Shown: in pieces, positions 63,106 through 64,000 of the stretch
Layout: every line of letters begins with the position of its first letter
Numbering within the stretch: position 1 is the first letter of the stretch
Origin: Podarcis vaucheri
Taxonomy: Eukaryota
Assembly: GCA_965113315.1 (NCBI GenBank)
Contig: OZ220372.1
DNA length: 64,000 bases
Direction: 5' to 3' (one strand)
Position numbers and translations under genes: made by a program
Notes under the pieces: generated by a model
Told to the model about the DNA's origin: nothing
Seen by the model: only the letters and a program-made list of their open reading frames with translations
Database searches by the model: none

Positions 63106-64000
63106 CTGCAAAGACAGATGGGAACCAATCCATGATGGTGGCTGATGAGTCAGTAAAAGACAGAAGCCCTCTTCAGGTGCTCACCTGAAAGCATGTGGGC
63201 TAAAAGTGGACAGGGGGCAAGTACATGTACCCAAGCACATCTCTGAACACAAACCAGAGGGAAAGTCAGAAAAGGGAGTCTTAATGTGTTTGGGTGAGCG
63301 TGCTTAGCCTCCTTGCGATCGAGAAACCAGCTAAGGCATGGGGAGGCTCAAGGGGAAGATTCTAGGCTAGTTGGGTGAACGCATTTAGAATCTCCCTTCA
63401 CTTTCCCTCTCAACATGGCTCTAAAGCAGAGCTGGTAAATGCAGGGACACTGGAGATGGATTTGCTCATCTACCCTCACCCCCTTTTAGCCTGTATGCTT
63501 TCAGGGCCAGAAGTTGTAGAGTATCACTGCATTTGACAAAGTGGATTTTCTCACTTCGCTACTGTCTCATAGTTGAAAACACCTAGACAGGGGTGGCAGC
63601 ACACAGCCTACATGAGTTTCTGTTCTTTCCGGTTGTTGTGGGCAAACTATTCACCCCACTCCTTTATACTTCAAAGCTGCGATGAGCCCTTAAGCTCGGC
63701 TTTCAGCCCAGAGCCCAGAAACATTAAGCAGCAGCATTAAAACCATGTGCAGTTCTGGGGATCTGCAAAATTTGGCAAATTAGGAACAGGCAAGTGTTTG
63801 TGTCCTGCCCCACGCCAGTCTCAGGAAGGGTGATGGTGTATTGCTCCCAGTATGGTACTTCGGAATCTACTAACCCAACTCACCAAAGGCAAGTATTTCA
63901 TGCTCATGGGTGACTCAGCAGCTGAACTACAACTCCCATCACCCCAGCAAGTAAGGCCACAGACAAGGGATGATGGGAGTTGTAGTTCAGCAACTTCTGG

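Overview
Vertebrate genomic DNA from a squamate reptile, probably a lacertid lizard judging by the Sauria-SINE, Squam3-like SINE and lacertid-type MITE/LTR repeats. The window holds the conserved SOX10 - POLR2F - C22orf23 - MICALL1 block. SOX10 (+) contributes its last two coding exons; its first coding exon lies upstream, so 1-17466 is intron. POLR2F (-) is complete (5 exons, 127 aa). C22orf23 (+) is complete (6 coding exons, 236 aa) and shares a CpG-rich bidirectional promoter with POLR2F. MICALL1 (-) contributes its last 13 coding exons. Exon boundaries were read from GT-AG sites and their phases are consistent. The rest is intron or intergenic DNA full of SINEs, CR1/L2/L1 fragments, Tc1/mariner and hAT MITEs, a solo LTR and Penelope-derived pieces. 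I found no convincing new multi-gene system. The most unusual observations are: (1) a young fold-back Penelope-type insertion in POLR2F intron 4, with hammerhead-ribozyme cores, a 13-bp TSD and 20 nt copied from nearby host DNA; (2) 107 open in-frame codons after the SOX10 UAG; (3) an interlocked bidirectional poly(A) site between C22orf23 and MICALL1; (4) a candidate 15-nt MICALL1 microexon; (5) a candidate Arg/Cys-rich spliced uORF in C22orf23.
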